DNA from: Acidobacteriaceae bacterium
Lineage (GTDB): Bacteria > Acidobacteriota > Terriglobia > Terriglobales > Acidobacteriaceae
Direction of reading: 5' to 3'
Assembly (NCBI GenBank): GCA_003151155.1
Contig: PLWX01000066.1
Location: 10,559-74,558 of the forward strand
DNA length: 64,000 nucleotides
Shown here one piece after another: positions 48,692-58,938 of the stretch. The position numbers and the translations under genes were made by a program. Numbering within the stretch: the stretch's first letter is position 1; the number at the start of each line of letters is the position of its first letter. Under the pieces are notes generated by a model that worked only from the letters and a program-made list of their open reading frames with translations, made no database searches and was not told the origin of the DNA.

Positions 48692-51111
48692 ATCAAGTAC
48701 TTCGCTCGGACCTTTTCGAATTTTTCAAGTTCATCGCGATAATTTTCTGCAATCCGTCGCGGATCGAGACCGCTCTTTAAATCCGCGAGTGCCTGCTGAT
48801 TCATCAGCAGCTCGACCATTTTATCGAGCTGCCATTGTTGCGGGTAGAACTTGAAAAGCGCAGCTGCCAATTCCATGCCGAGCTCAGGCGAGTCGAGCAC
48901 ATCCCGATCGGTCAGTACCAGGTTCACGCCTCCCACTTGCTGGTTGGCATACACCGAACTCGTCGGCATGAACGTGACGGGCACAAAACGAACCCCGGGG
49001 ACTTTCCTCTCGTTGAGGTAAGCCGCCAGTTCGGTCGGCTTGATCCAAGGTGCGCCCACCACTTCGAACGGCGTATCCGTTCCGCGCCCAACCGAGATGT
49101 TGGTGCCTTCGATCATGCCGACGCCAGGATAAAGAATGGCTTCGGTCACGCTCCGCAGGTTCGGAGATGGATTCATCCACATCAATCCGGTGGAATCAAA
49201 CCAGTCACCGCGCTCCCAGCCCTGCATCGGCACGACTGTGAGCTTGGCATGAATGCCACGCGTCTCATTGAACATGCGCGCTAACTCGCCGACCGTCATG
49301 CCCTGTCGCGGAGGTTCGGAGGTGTAGTTGGTAAAGTTCTCACGTCCCGGATCCGAGACCGGACCTTGCACCGCCGTTCCACCAATCGGGTCAGGACGGT
49401 CAAGCACGATCAGAGGCTTCCCAGCTTTCGCGCAGGCCTCGAGAAAGTACCCGAGAGTGGTCTCGTAGGTATAGAAACGAACGCCCGCGTCTTGTATGTC
49501 GTACACCACGGCGTCGAGATTCTTCAGCACCTCAAGTGAAGGCCGTCGCTTGGCGTCGGTCCCCCCGTACATGCTGTAAACCGGCACGCCCGTCGCCGCA
49601 TCGTGGGGGTCATCCACATTCGTCGTATCGAGTTTGCCGAGCACGCCGTGCTCGGGGCTGAACAACGCTGCCAGTTCTATGCCCGGCGCATGTGCGAGCA
49701 CGTCAATCGTGCGCTGTCCCTGCGAATCGATGCCAGTCTGGTTGGTGATTAGGCCAATGCGCCGCTTTTCGCCATTCTTGCCACGCAGGGCGTCGAAGTT
49801 ATGGGCTTCGAGCACATCGATGCCGGTCAATGTCTTCCCGTTCCGCGCCCCCACGTGGCGAAACCATGGATTGGCCTCGTTGTAGCCAGTGATTCGGTCC
49901 AGCCGCGCTTTGGCGTCGTCGCTCACCTGCAGGTCGAGCGCAGCCGCGACTGCGGTGGCAAGGCGTGTACGTAGGGCGATCACGTTACCGCTCTTAAAGT
50001 GAACCGAATTGGTGAGCAGGATGATGTAGGTATCCGTAGTCGGATCGATCCATAAGGAGGTTCCCGTAAATCCCGTATGACCAAAGCTTCCGACCGGAAG
50101 CAGCTCCCCACGGTTGGTGGAAAACGGTGTATCGATGTCCCATCCAAGGCCGCGAACATCCGTCTGGTTCCTCGCCTGCTGTGGCGTGGTCATCTTCTCG
50201 ACCGTGAGCGGTGACCATACCTTGCCATCGTTATCGAGCAACGCCTGGGCAAACTTCGCTACATCATCGGCGGTGGAGAACACTCCCGCGTGTCCCGCAA
50301 CGCCGCCCATCTGTCGCGCAGTCGGATCATGGACCGTGCCGCGCAACAGGCGTCCGGTGTGCTCATCGATCTCGGTCGGCGCAATCTTGTCCCGCCATTC
50401 TGCAGGCGGTAGATAGGTTGTGTGCTCCATGCCAAGTGGCCGGAAGATATGCTCCGCGGCGTAATGATCGAGGGGCTCTCCGCTGAGCCGTTGCACCAGT
50501 TCCCCGAGCACGATGAAGTTGATGTCGCTGTAACGGAACTCCGCCCCCGGCGGCGTCATCAGCTTCTCGGCGTTAGCCCGCCGGTATCCCTCATCAAGCC
50601 CGGTCCAGTAAGGCTTCAGCTCGAGATCGGGGGGCAGACCCGAGTAATGCGTGAGAAGGTCGCGGACCATCACGTCCTGTTTACCGTTCTGTGCGAATTC
50701 CGGAATGTACTTCGCGACCGGATCAGCCAGCTTGATCTTGCCTTCTTCGAACAGCTTCATCACCGAGCTGGTTGTCGCAAGCACTTTGGTGAGCGACGCC
50801 ATGTCGAAGATCGTGTCCACCGTCATCGGTTCGCGTTGCGGAGTGACCGCGCGCGAGCCAAAGGCCTTGCGATAAACGATTTTGCCCTTATGTCCAATGA
50901 TCACGACGGCGCCCGGGGCCAGGTTCCGGTGTACCGCATCGTTCAAGATTCCATCGATGACATCGAGACGATCTTCCCCCTTTTCCTCCGCGGAGGCGCC
51001 GGCAAACGAGACATGCGTGAGAGAAAAAATGATAACCAGAGTTGCGAACGAGCGGGAGAGAAACCGAAGAGGTCGAGTCAACACAGGATTCCTTCGCGTG
51101 CTAACGATCAA
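48685..51111 (-). CDS. Fusion of a beta-lactamase-family serine hydrolase with NamZ (DUF1343) exo-beta-N-acetylmuramidase
   Basis: N half ASLTK, YSD, GHTGFTG; C half TNQTG, SPEHG, DIQDAGVRFYTY, PSPNL, GRGT. Confidence 0.9.
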   Translation of the reverse strand: MIVSTRRNPVLTRPLRFLSRSFATLVIIFSLTHVSFAGASAEEKGEDRLDVIDGILNDAVHRNLAPGAVVIIGHKGKIVYRKAFGSRAVTPQREPMTVDTIFDMASLTKVLATTSSVMKLFEEGKIKLADPVAKYIPEFAQNGKQDVMVRDLLTHYSGLPPDLELKPYWTGLDEGYRRANAEKLMTPPGAEFRYSDINFIVLGELVQRLSGEPLDHYAAEHIFRPLGMEHTTYLPPAEWRDKIAPTEIDEHTGRLLRGTVHDPTARQMGGVAGHAGVFSTADDVAKFAQALLDNDGKVWSPLTVEKMTTPQQARNQTDVRGLGWDIDTPFSTNRGELLPVGSFGHTGFTGTSLWIDPTTDTYIILLTNSVHFKSGNVIALRTRLATAVAAALDLQVSDDAKARLDRITGYNEANPWFRHVGARNGKTLTGIDVLEAHNFDALRGKNGEKRRIGLITNQTGIDSQGQRTIDVLAHAPGIELAALFSPEHGVLGKLDTTNVDDPHDAATGVPVYSMYGGTDAKRRPSLEVLKNLDAVVYDIQDAGVRFYTYETTLGYFLEACAKAGKPLIVLDRPDPIGGTAVQGPVSDPGRENFTNYTSEPPRQGMTVGELARMFNETRGIHAKLTVVPMQGWERGDWFDSTGLMWMNPSPNLRSVTEAILYPGVGMIEGTNISVGRGTDTPFEVVGAPWIKPTELAAYLNERKVPGVRFVPVTFMPTSSVYANQQVGGVNLVLTDRDVLDSPELGMELAAALFKFYPQQWQLDKMVELLMNQQALADLKSGLDPRRIAENYRDELEKFEKVRAKYLIY

Positions 51112-51150
51112 TGAAGTTTATTATAGGGTCGCGAGAGTGGGTCTTCGTTG

Positions 51151-52239
51151 ATGAACCAGGTTCGACCACCAGCGCTGGCAAGCGCACTCGACTCGCAAGA
51201 CGAGCAGTTCGCGCATGCGTTTGCGCTGTTGTCCGTCGGCATTCGTGAACGGGTGGCACCGGGCGCGGTACTGGCCGTCACCCATCACGAGAAGCTCGTC
51301 GCGTGGAAAGCCTTCGGTCGATTTACCTACGAAGAAGGCTCCCCGGCGGTGCGGCCAGAAACGGTATTTGACTTGGCATCCGTGACAAAGGCCGTCGCTA
51401 CCACATCCATGGCCATGCTTTTGTATGAAGCTGGAGAGCTCAAGCTCGATATCAAGGTGCGTGATTTTTTTCGCGAGTTTCAGGACGGCGGAAAATCCGA
51501 GGTCACAGTGGGAATGTTGCTGTCGCACTCTTCCGGACTGCCCGCTTACGAAAGACTCTTTCTTCGCTGCGAGACTCGCGAGGAGTTGCTCGGAGCCGCG
51601 GCGGCCGCGCCTCTCGTCTATACACCAGGATCGCGGAGCGAATACAGCGACCTCGGGTTTATTCTGCTGGGCGAGATTCTCTGCCGGCTGACAAGCATGG
51701 ATTTGGACGGTTTCGTGGCCAAAAACATTTCTACACCCTTGGGAATGTCGTCAGCGCAGTACAAGCCAATATTGCGAGACCAGATTCCGCCGACACAAGA
51801 TGACCGCGAATTCCGCCAGCGTGTCATCCAAGGGGAGGTCGATGACGAGAATGCGAGTGTCATGGGTGGAGTTGCTGGGCACGCAGGGTTATTCGCCAAT
51901 GCCTACGACCTCGCGCTCTTCGCTGGTTGCCTCTTGCGCGCGGGTGCGCCGATCTTGCAACCTGAAACCGTGAGACTGTTTACGACTCGACGATCCTTTC
52001 CCCCCGGAACCAGCTTCGCGCTTGGCTGGGACACACCGTCCCAACCTTCGCAATCTGGGCGGCTGCTATCGGCGCGTGCGTTCGGCCATCCCGGCTATAC
52101 AGGTACTTCGTTGTGGATCGATCCCGGCAAACAGCTTTCGGTGACATTACTGACGAATCGCACCTGGCCCGATCGGCAATCTCAAGAGATCAAGAAGCTG
52201 CGGCCTGCGGTGCACGATGCTATTGTGGAAGCACTGTAA
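51151..52239 (+). CDS. Beta-lactamase-family serine hydrolase (AmiE-like)
   Basis: FDLASVTK, YSDLGF, GGVAGHAGLF, GHPGYTGT; directly upstream of murQ. Confidence 0.85.
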   Translation: MNQVRPPALASALDSQDEQFAHAFALLSVGIRERVAPGAVLAVTHHEKLVAWKAFGRFTYEEGSPAVRPETVFDLASVTKAVATTSMAMLLYEAGELKLDIKVRDFFREFQDGGKSEVTVGMLLSHSSGLPAYERLFLRCETREELLGAAAAAPLVYTPGSRSEYSDLGFILLGEILCRLTSMDLDGFVAKNISTPLGMSSAQYKPILRDQIPPTQDDREFRQRVIQGEVDDENASVMGGVAGHAGLFANAYDLALFAGCLLRAGAPILQPETVRLFTTRRSFPPGTSFALGWDTPSQPSQSGRLLSARAFGHPGYTGTSLWIDPGKQLSVTLLTNRTWPDRQSQEIKKLRPAVHDAIVEAL

Positions 52240-52248
52240 TCAAACAAA

Positions 52249-53166
52249 ATGAAACATACTCCTGCAAGCGACACCGCATACCTGCGCACCGAACGTACCA
52301 ATCCGGTCTCGGCCGATCTGGATACAAAGCCCGCACTCGAGATCGTGGAGATCATCAACCGCGAAGACCACAAGGTCGCCAAGGCCGTGAAGAGGGTTCT
52401 GCCACAGGTTGCCAAGGCGGTGGAACTTGTAGAAAACGCTCTTCGCCGCGGAGGCCGCCTGATCTATGTCGGCACCGGCACCAGCGGGCGCCTCGGCGCC
52501 CTCGACTCCAGCGAATGTCCGCCGACTTTCAATACGCATCCCGAACAGGTGCAATATCTGATTGCCGGCGGCGACAGGGCGCTTGGGCATGCCGTGGAAG
52601 CCAACGAAGACTCACGCGAGACGGGGCGAGCCGACATGGTGAAGAAACGCCCCGGAAACAAAGATGTGGTCATTGGGTTGGCGGCCAGCGGCCGCACGCC
52701 TTATACGATTGCTGCGGTGGAATACGCGAGAAGTAAAGGCGCGAAGACAGTCGCCATCGTCTGCAATCAAAATACTCCTCTCGCAAAAGTGGTGAATGTT
52801 GCCATCGAGGTTGAGGTTGGCCCGGAAGTCCTCAGCGGCTCAACCCGCATGAAAGCCGGCTCCGCGCAAAAGATGATCTGCAACATGATTACCACTGGCG
52901 CCATGACGCGCCTGGGCTACGTGTATGGCAACCTCATGGTGAACGTGCACCTGAAAAACGAGAAACTCGTCGAACGCGGCATTCGGATCGTACAGCAGAT
53001 CACCGGGCTTTCTGAAGTCGAAGCCGCACGCGCTATCGAACGCGCCGGCGAAAATCTTCCGATTGCGTTGGTCATGACGAAAGCCGGAGTCAGGAAATCG
53101 GAAGCGGCGCGTCGCTTGAAGAAGGCAGAAGGTAACGTGCGCAAGGCGGTCGAGCAGAAAACCTAG
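52249..53166 (+). CDS. murQ: N-acetylmuramic acid 6-phosphate etherase
   Basis: GTSGRLGALDSSECPPTF, AASGRTPY, GPEVLSGSTRMKAG. Confidence 0.96.
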   Translation: MKHTPASDTAYLRTERTNPVSADLDTKPALEIVEIINREDHKVAKAVKRVLPQVAKAVELVENALRRGGRLIYVGTGTSGRLGALDSSECPPTFNTHPEQVQYLIAGGDRALGHAVEANEDSRETGRADMVKKRPGNKDVVIGLAASGRTPYTIAAVEYARSKGAKTVAIVCNQNTPLAKVVNVAIEVEVGPEVLSGSTRMKAGSAQKMICNMITTGAMTRLGYVYGNLMVNVHLKNEKLVERGIRIVQQITGLSEVEAARAIERAGENLPIALVMTKAGVRKSEAARRLKKAEGNVRKAVEQKT

Positions 53167-53897
53167 AGATCTTCTTCGGTGGCGACAGCTCCGCTTCGCT
53201 GCTCTTCGGGTAAGGCACTCTCAATGGAAGTTTTGACAGCACTCATCAAGGCTTCCCGGCTGCCCGCCTGCGCGTATGAGATCGGTGGATGGTAGGTCAA
53301 CACCACCGGACCGGAGTGCATCACGAAACGATGCTTCGGCCAAAGTTCGAACGATCCACGAATAGTCACCGGGATTACCGGCACGCCTGATTCTTCAGCC
53401 AAGTAAAACGGGCCTTTTTTCATCGCGCGCATGCGTCCGTCGCTGGAGCGCGTTCCTTCGGGAAATACGGTCATGTGAAGTCCAGCTTTCAGCACCGTAG
53501 TCGCTTCACGAATGCTCGCGATCGCGGCATCCCGATTAGTCCGGTCCACCGGAACCAGGCTTGCCAGCTTCATCGCCGTTCCAAGCAGCGGTATGCGAAA
53601 TAGTTCGCTCTTCACGAGAACTGAGGTTCGCCCGGGAATCAGCGGAATCACGATCGGCGGATCAAGATTGGAGACGTGGTTCGACATGAAAATATAGTTC
53701 TGGCCGGGCTGTATGTTCTCGCGCCCTCGAACTTCAATCCTCGCACCTCCAATTTTCGCTCCGACCAGCGCTCCCCAAACGGCAACCCTGAAGAGAGCAT
53801 CGGCATTGCTTGAAAGCAGGGTCCACGGAATGCCCCAGAGGGCATTCAACAGTGTCCAGAAGGCCCACCACACGAGCATAAGAATGGTTCGGATCAA
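53163..53897 (-). CDS. plsC: Lysophospholipid acyltransferase (PlsC family)
   Basis: NHVSNLD, VDR, FPEGTRS. Confidence 0.88.
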   Translation of the reverse strand: MIRTILMLVWWAFWTLLNALWGIPWTLLSSNADALFRVAVWGALVGAKIGGARIEVRGRENIQPGQNYIFMSNHVSNLDPPIVIPLIPGRTSVLVKSELFRIPLLGTAMKLASLVPVDRTNRDAAIASIREATTVLKAGLHMTVFPEGTRSSDGRMRAMKKGPFYLAEESGVPVIPVTIRGSFELWPKHRFVMHSGPVVLTYHPPISYAQAGSREALMSAVKTSIESALPEEQRSGAVATEEDL

Positions 53898-55762
53898 CGC
53901 CTCTCTCCTGTGCGGACATCGTCGCCAATCAGCCACGCCGCGCGTTGCGCTCTCTGCTCCGGGCTCACATTCGGCAGATCCCCAAGGCTGTAGCTCACTC
54001 GATTCGCGTTCTTCAACACAACTTTGACGTTGAGAACACGGCCATGCGACAGAAAACGAAATACGACTGTCTCTCCCGGCTTATGGCCGGCGAGATAAGA
54101 CTGCAAGTCACCGAGGTATTCTCGATCATCGATGGCCGTCAATGTGTCGCCGATGCGCACGCCAGCGGATTCTACCGAGCTGCCCGGAGCGATGGCAGTG
54201 ACCTCAGGAAGCCCCGTGAAATTCACGGTGACATCGAACCCAGCGTCGGCGATTGGGGTGGAAAACGATTGCAACTTCAGTCCAACTTGTCGAAAGAACT
54301 GGTCGTAGGGTAAGTCGTCTGTCCCTCGAACGTAGCGGGCGAAAAAGTCATCCAAACTGCTGCCGACAATGCTTTCTGCGGCCTGTTGTAATCCCCGAAC
54401 GTCGTCATAAAAGCGTGCCTGTTTAGCGTAGTTCACATTCATGGTTTGAAACAAATCACGAAGTGACTTTTTGCCATCCGTCATTTCACGAAGATGCAGG
54501 TCCATCAGAACTCCGACCAGTTCCCCGCTGGTGTAGTAGGAAACGCTTCGCTCGGGACGGCGGTAATACACCTGTCCCTCCATCCATGCCTCAAGACTGG
54601 AAGCCTCCGGAGATTGGAAATGTCGCGCTGGACGATTTTCGAAGTCGCTGATCAACTCAGAGAGATGCGAGAGGTACGCACGTTCATCCTGCAATCCCGC
54701 GCGCACCAGCATTCGTTCAGAGACTGCACTGGTAACTCCCTCGCAGAACCACAGAGCTCGCGTGTATTGTTCGTGCTCGAAATCCACGGGCTCCATTTGC
54801 TGCGGCCGAATGCGTTTCACGTTCCAGAGGTGAAAAAACTCATGGGCCGTGGTGCTGACTGGAGCGAGCGGATCGTCCTTGAGGCGCGAGGCTGGAACAC
54901 TGATGGCGGTGCCATAACTGTGCTCCATCCCGCCGCCAGCAGGGCCCCGAGGAAAGTGGAAGATAAAGGTGTATTGCTCGAAAGGATGGTCCCGCATCCA
55001 ATCGGTTTCTGCATGCACCACCTTTTTGATTGCCTCTTGCAGCGCCGGAAGGTTGTAGTCAGTTGCGGCCGCGTCCACCACGATACGATAGCGAACACCG
55101 TCCGACGTGAAAGTACTCATCTGGTTGACGCCTATCTCCACCGGGCTGTCGACCAGCGCATCGTAAGTACTTGGCTGCTTCAAGTGGAAATTCCCATCAC
55201 GTGCGGTCTCATTGAAAAGTCCTAAATCGTGTAAGGTCCACTGGGTGGGAACATCCAAGACGGTAAGCATGAGGCTTGCGTCGCGCTGGGCAGGCGCATA
55301 CATGAGGACCTGCGCCCAATTTCCAAACACATGTTCCGCGTTTGCCTGAGCACTGAATGGGCTGGGGACATCGGCGTAATCCGAGTACTCGACGACCGCA
55401 CAGCCGTCAGAAGGTGCGACACTCCAAGTCGTTTTATCGAGCACCGTAACGGCTAAAGAACGTTCTTGGCTATCGCGTGCCGTTACGTCGGCGACGTATT
55501 GAGCGAAATTGCGAACCTGGTAGAGCGCATTCCACACTGGCATTTGGAACACCACCGCCTGACGGGAGTGGTAGCGGATGGCGACGTGCAGCAGATGGCG
55601 GTCGTGATCGGCGATGGAGACGAAGTACTCAACCGGAGCATTGGGGCCTACCGCCGGAGTGTGGCAATCGACGTGCCCTGCGGAAAGACCAGCTTGTGAA
55701 AGTAATAGAAGGATCAGCAAACGCCCGCACACAATAAATGCACCGCGTGCCCGGATATTCAT
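53894..55762 (-). CDS. Secreted M61 glycyl aminopeptidase with PDZ domain
   Basis: GGGMEH, HEFFHLWNVKRIRP, LWFCEGVT, SYY, C-terminal PDZ. Confidence 0.92.
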   Translation of the reverse strand: MNIRARGAFIVCGRLLILLLLSQAGLSAGHVDCHTPAVGPNAPVEYFVSIADHDRHLLHVAIRYHSRQAVVFQMPVWNALYQVRNFAQYVADVTARDSQERSLAVTVLDKTTWSVAPSDGCAVVEYSDYADVPSPFSAQANAEHVFGNWAQVLMYAPAQRDASLMLTVLDVPTQWTLHDLGLFNETARDGNFHLKQPSTYDALVDSPVEIGVNQMSTFTSDGVRYRIVVDAAATDYNLPALQEAIKKVVHAETDWMRDHPFEQYTFIFHFPRGPAGGGMEHSYGTAISVPASRLKDDPLAPVSTTAHEFFHLWNVKRIRPQQMEPVDFEHEQYTRALWFCEGVTSAVSERMLVRAGLQDERAYLSHLSELISDFENRPARHFQSPEASSLEAWMEGQVYYRRPERSVSYYTSGELVGVLMDLHLREMTDGKKSLRDLFQTMNVNYAKQARFYDDVRGLQQAAESIVGSSLDDFFARYVRGTDDLPYDQFFRQVGLKLQSFSTPIADAGFDVTVNFTGLPEVTAIAPGSSVESAGVRIGDTLTAIDDREYLGDLQSYLAGHKPGETVVFRFLSHGRVLNVKVVLKNANRVSYSLGDLPNVSPEQRAQRAAWLIGDDVRTGERR

Positions 55763-57165
55763 GCGCCGCGCTCGAGCCTCGCAGGGAGCTTTTCGTAGAT
55801 GCCGCCAAAACCGCCGTTCGACAATATGGCAACCACGTCACCGGCCTTGAGCTGTGGAGCGATGGCAGCGGTAATTTCGTCGGCTGTCGAGTGCAACTCC
55901 GCGGGAGTTCCCTGCTGCTGGAGTTCCGCAATAACGTCGGCAGGATCGAGCCGCTCTTGCTCAGGAATAGCCTCTGACTTGAAGATGCCCGCCAGCACCA
56001 CGCGGTCCGCGAGTCGCAAGCTTTGCACCAGTTCGTGCTGGAAAACGTTGCGTCGCAGGGTGTTGGAGCGCGGCTCAAGAACCGCCCACAGCCTTCTACC
56101 GTCATAGCGGGTACGCAGCGCTTTTAGAGTTTCCGCGATGGCTGTGGGATGATGCGCGAAGTCATCGATGATCGTGATGCCGTTGATCTCGGCCTTCACT
56201 TCCAGCCGCCGCTTCACGCTCTTGAAATCTCGCAGCGCGGTGGCAATTGACTCGGTGGAGATGCCGTAATGGGCGGCCATAGCCGCGGCGGCCGTGGCGT
56301 TCAGAACGTTGTATTCGCCGGCCAGTGGAAACTCGAAATGCGCCCAGGGCTGTCCGCTCCGCATGACACGCCAGCTCGTCTTATCCGGTTGATGATCGAC
56401 CTCCGATACCCGCCATTCGGATTGTTCTGCGAACCCATAACGTTCGACCTTGCAAAAAGCCTTAGCGACGCATTCATCAACATTGGCGTGACCGTCCCAC
56501 GCGAAGATTCGGCCGCTTTTCGGAACGAGATTCACCAGGCGCTTGAACGCGGTCTTCACTTCTTCAAGGTTCTTGTAAATATCGGCGTGATCGAATTCGA
56601 CAGCGGTAAGAATGAGCGACTTTGGAAAGTAGTGCAGGAACTTCGGTCCCTTATCGAAGAACGCGGTGTCGTACTCGTCGCCTTCGATGATGAACTCAGG
56701 ACCGTCCGTCACGGCGAAGCTGGACCCGAAATTCTCAGCGATACCGCCGATGAGGAAGGAGGGATCGCGGCCGGCGGAGTGAAAGATCCACGAGAGCATC
56801 GACGTCGTGGTAGTTTTGCCGTGTGTTCCTGCAACCGCAAGAACTTCGCGTTCGGATAAAAATTCGCGATGTAGCAAGTCGGCCATCGAAGTGAACGGGA
56901 TGCGACGGTCTAGTGCGTATTCCAACTCAACATTTCCTCGCGAGATTGCGTTGCCCACAACGACGAGGTCCGGGCGAGGTTCCAGGTTTACTTGCGCAAA
57001 CGGCTGAGCAACCGGAACCCCGATGTGTGCGAGGAAATCAGACATGGGCGGGTAGGCGGCAGCGTCGGAGCCGCTTACATGAAACCCGCGTGCCTTCAAC
57101 ATACCCGCCAGTGATGCCATGGCGGTACCGCAAATCCCGATCAAATGAATGTGGCGATTGCTCAT
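55759..57165 (-). CDS. mpl: Murein peptide ligase
   Basis: IGICGTAM, YPPMS, GTHGKTTT, EGDEYDTAFFDK, DDFAHHPTA, EPRSNT. Confidence 0.95.
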   Translation of the reverse strand: MSNRHIHLIGICGTAMASLAGMLKARGFHVSGSDAAAYPPMSDFLAHIGVPVAQPFAQVNLEPRPDLVVVGNAISRGNVELEYALDRRIPFTSMADLLHREFLSEREVLAVAGTHGKTTTTSMLSWIFHSAGRDPSFLIGGIAENFGSSFAVTDGPEFIIEGDEYDTAFFDKGPKFLHYFPKSLILTAVEFDHADIYKNLEEVKTAFKRLVNLVPKSGRIFAWDGHANVDECVAKAFCKVERYGFAEQSEWRVSEVDHQPDKTSWRVMRSGQPWAHFEFPLAGEYNVLNATAAAAMAAHYGISTESIATALRDFKSVKRRLEVKAEINGITIIDDFAHHPTAIAETLKALRTRYDGRRLWAVLEPRSNTLRRNVFQHELVQSLRLADRVVLAGIFKSEAIPEQERLDPADVIAELQQQGTPAELHSTADEITAAIAPQLKAGDVVAILSNGGFGGIYEKLPARLERGA

Positions 57166-58151
57166 CGACCTGATTGTCCTTGAATCGCGCGCGGAATGCC
57201 TTCTCCCTGCGTGACCGCAGCGTCACACTCGAGGCGCAAGTTATCGTTCACGGTCAACCTACCTCGCACACCGAAGGGGAGGATACGATTTGCGCACCGT
57301 ACATGGCCCGAGGAAAAACCGTAGGCAATTGGTATCCTTAAGTCTGACAACAACCGCAGAATGATTTCTTGCAACGTGTAGTCCTGGCCACTGGGTTGCG
57401 AACAATCGAGCATCTCCCCGAAGATCACTCCACGAACATCCGCGAACTTTCCCGCAAGCTTCAACTGCATCAGCATCCGATCCACCTGGAATGGTTTTGC
57501 GTTGATATCCTCGAGAAACAGGATGGTTCCCTCTGTATGGATCTCATACGGAGTTCCTAAGGATGCAGCGAGCATGGAGAGGCAGCCGCCATAGAGAATG
57601 CCCTCGGCCTCGCCTTTCACTAGCACTTCAATTTCGTTGGCAGAGAAATCTCGTTCGTAAGCAGAAGCCGAGCTGAGGATCGACGCCCACGAGGTGAGAT
57701 CGACGCCATTCTCTCGCGCGAAGTCCTTGGTGACCATTGGCCCGTGAAAAGTCACAAGGCCGTGATCGGTAAGCCAGGTGAGAAGCGTCGTGATATCGCT
57801 ATAACCGATGAAGGGCTTTGGGTTCGCCAGCAGCACTCGCAGATCCAGGTGTGGCAGGAGGTGATTGGTCCCGTACCCGCCGCGCGCGCAAACGATAGCG
57901 CGAACTTCGGGATTCGCAAACATGTGCTCAAGTTCCCCGACGCGGCGCGCGACGCTTCCGGCAAAAAAAAGGTCTCGCTCGAAGATGGAATCGAGATAAT
58001 AAGGAACGTATCCCAGCTTTCGCAGAGCCGCGCACCCGGCAGCGAGTGCCTTAGGATCGATATTGCTGGCGGGAGCTACGATTCCGACGGTATCGCCCGG
58101 CAAGAGGGCCGGCGGACGAATTGGGACGGAATGCGGCATTCGTTCCGTCAT
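57162..58151 (-). CDS. ldcA: LD-carboxypeptidase (S66)
   Basis: RGGYG, GYSDIT, HGP, FLED, SGH. Confidence 0.92.
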   Translation of the reverse strand: MTERMPHSVPIRPPALLPGDTVGIVAPASNIDPKALAAGCAALRKLGYVPYYLDSIFERDLFFAGSVARRVGELEHMFANPEVRAIVCARGGYGTNHLLPHLDLRVLLANPKPFIGYSDITTLLTWLTDHGLVTFHGPMVTKDFARENGVDLTSWASILSSASAYERDFSANEIEVLVKGEAEGILYGGCLSMLAASLGTPYEIHTEGTILFLEDINAKPFQVDRMLMQLKLAGKFADVRGVIFGEMLDCSQPSGQDYTLQEIILRLLSDLRIPIAYGFSSGHVRCANRILPFGVRGRLTVNDNLRLECDAAVTQGEGIPRAIQGQSGR

Positions 58152-58152
58152 C

Positions 58153-58935
58153 TTAAACGAAAAACTGGCCGGTGCAGACGATCGTCGCCGGCCCAGTGAG
58201 CGTGATCTCGCCGTCCCACTCGACAGTTTGAGTGCCTCCGGGAGTAGTTACTCGGACCGGCGATTCACATTTACCGCTGTGGATCGCGGTTACTGCCGAT
58301 GCGCAGGAACCAGTTCCCGAAGACAACGTTTCGCCGGCGCCGCGTTCATAAATGCGGATCTCGACGGAATGACGATCGAGAATCTTCACAAATTCGGTAT
58401 TGGTTCCCTGCGGGAAGTGCGGCGTGCGAGCGATTGCATCGGCTAGTGATTGCCATCCATTGGGAAACTCTTCGACCATGATGGCGAATTGAGGATTGCC
58501 GACCGCCAGCTTCAGACCGACCGTGTCCCGGTTCGCGGCGTGTACCGTAATCTGACCCTCGATTTCTGGTCTGCCAATGGCAGTCTTAAACTCAAAATTA
58601 TTTTCGTGCTGCGCGACCAAGTCGCAAATCTTGATTCCGGCGCCTGTCTGGACCGACACGCTTGAGGCGCCACTGTGCTCGGCAATGCAAGCCGCCACAC
58701 AGCGTGTGCCGTTCCCTGAAACCTCTGCATCGCTGCCGTCCGCATTGATTAATCGAGCTTCGATATCGGCAGAGGTGGAGGGCAACAACCACTCGACGCC
58801 ATCGGCACCCACCCCGTTGTGGCGATCGCACAACCTACGGGTGAGGCCGGCGATATCGTCGCCAGCATAGGAAAAATCAATCACAAGGAAATCGTTACCG
58901 CAAGCGCTGGCCTTGGCGAAGGGGATCGACGGCAT
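58153..58935 (-). CDS. dapF: Diaminopimelate epimerase, Ser/Ser active-site variant
   Basis: GNDF, GVGADG, NADGS..EVSGNGTRC, GNP, GTNTEF, ERGAGETLSSGTG. Confidence 0.9.
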   Translation of the reverse strand: MPSIPFAKASACGNDFLVIDFSYAGDDIAGLTRRLCDRHNGVGADGVEWLLPSTSADIEARLINADGSDAEVSGNGTRCVAACIAEHSGASSVSVQTGAGIKICDLVAQHENNFEFKTAIGRPEIEGQITVHAANRDTVGLKLAVGNPQFAIMVEEFPNGWQSLADAIARTPHFPQGTNTEFVKILDRHSVEIRIYERGAGETLSSGTGSCASAVTAIHSGKCESPVRVTTPGGTQTVEWDGEITLTGPATIVCTGQFFV

Positions 58936-58938
58936 TTT

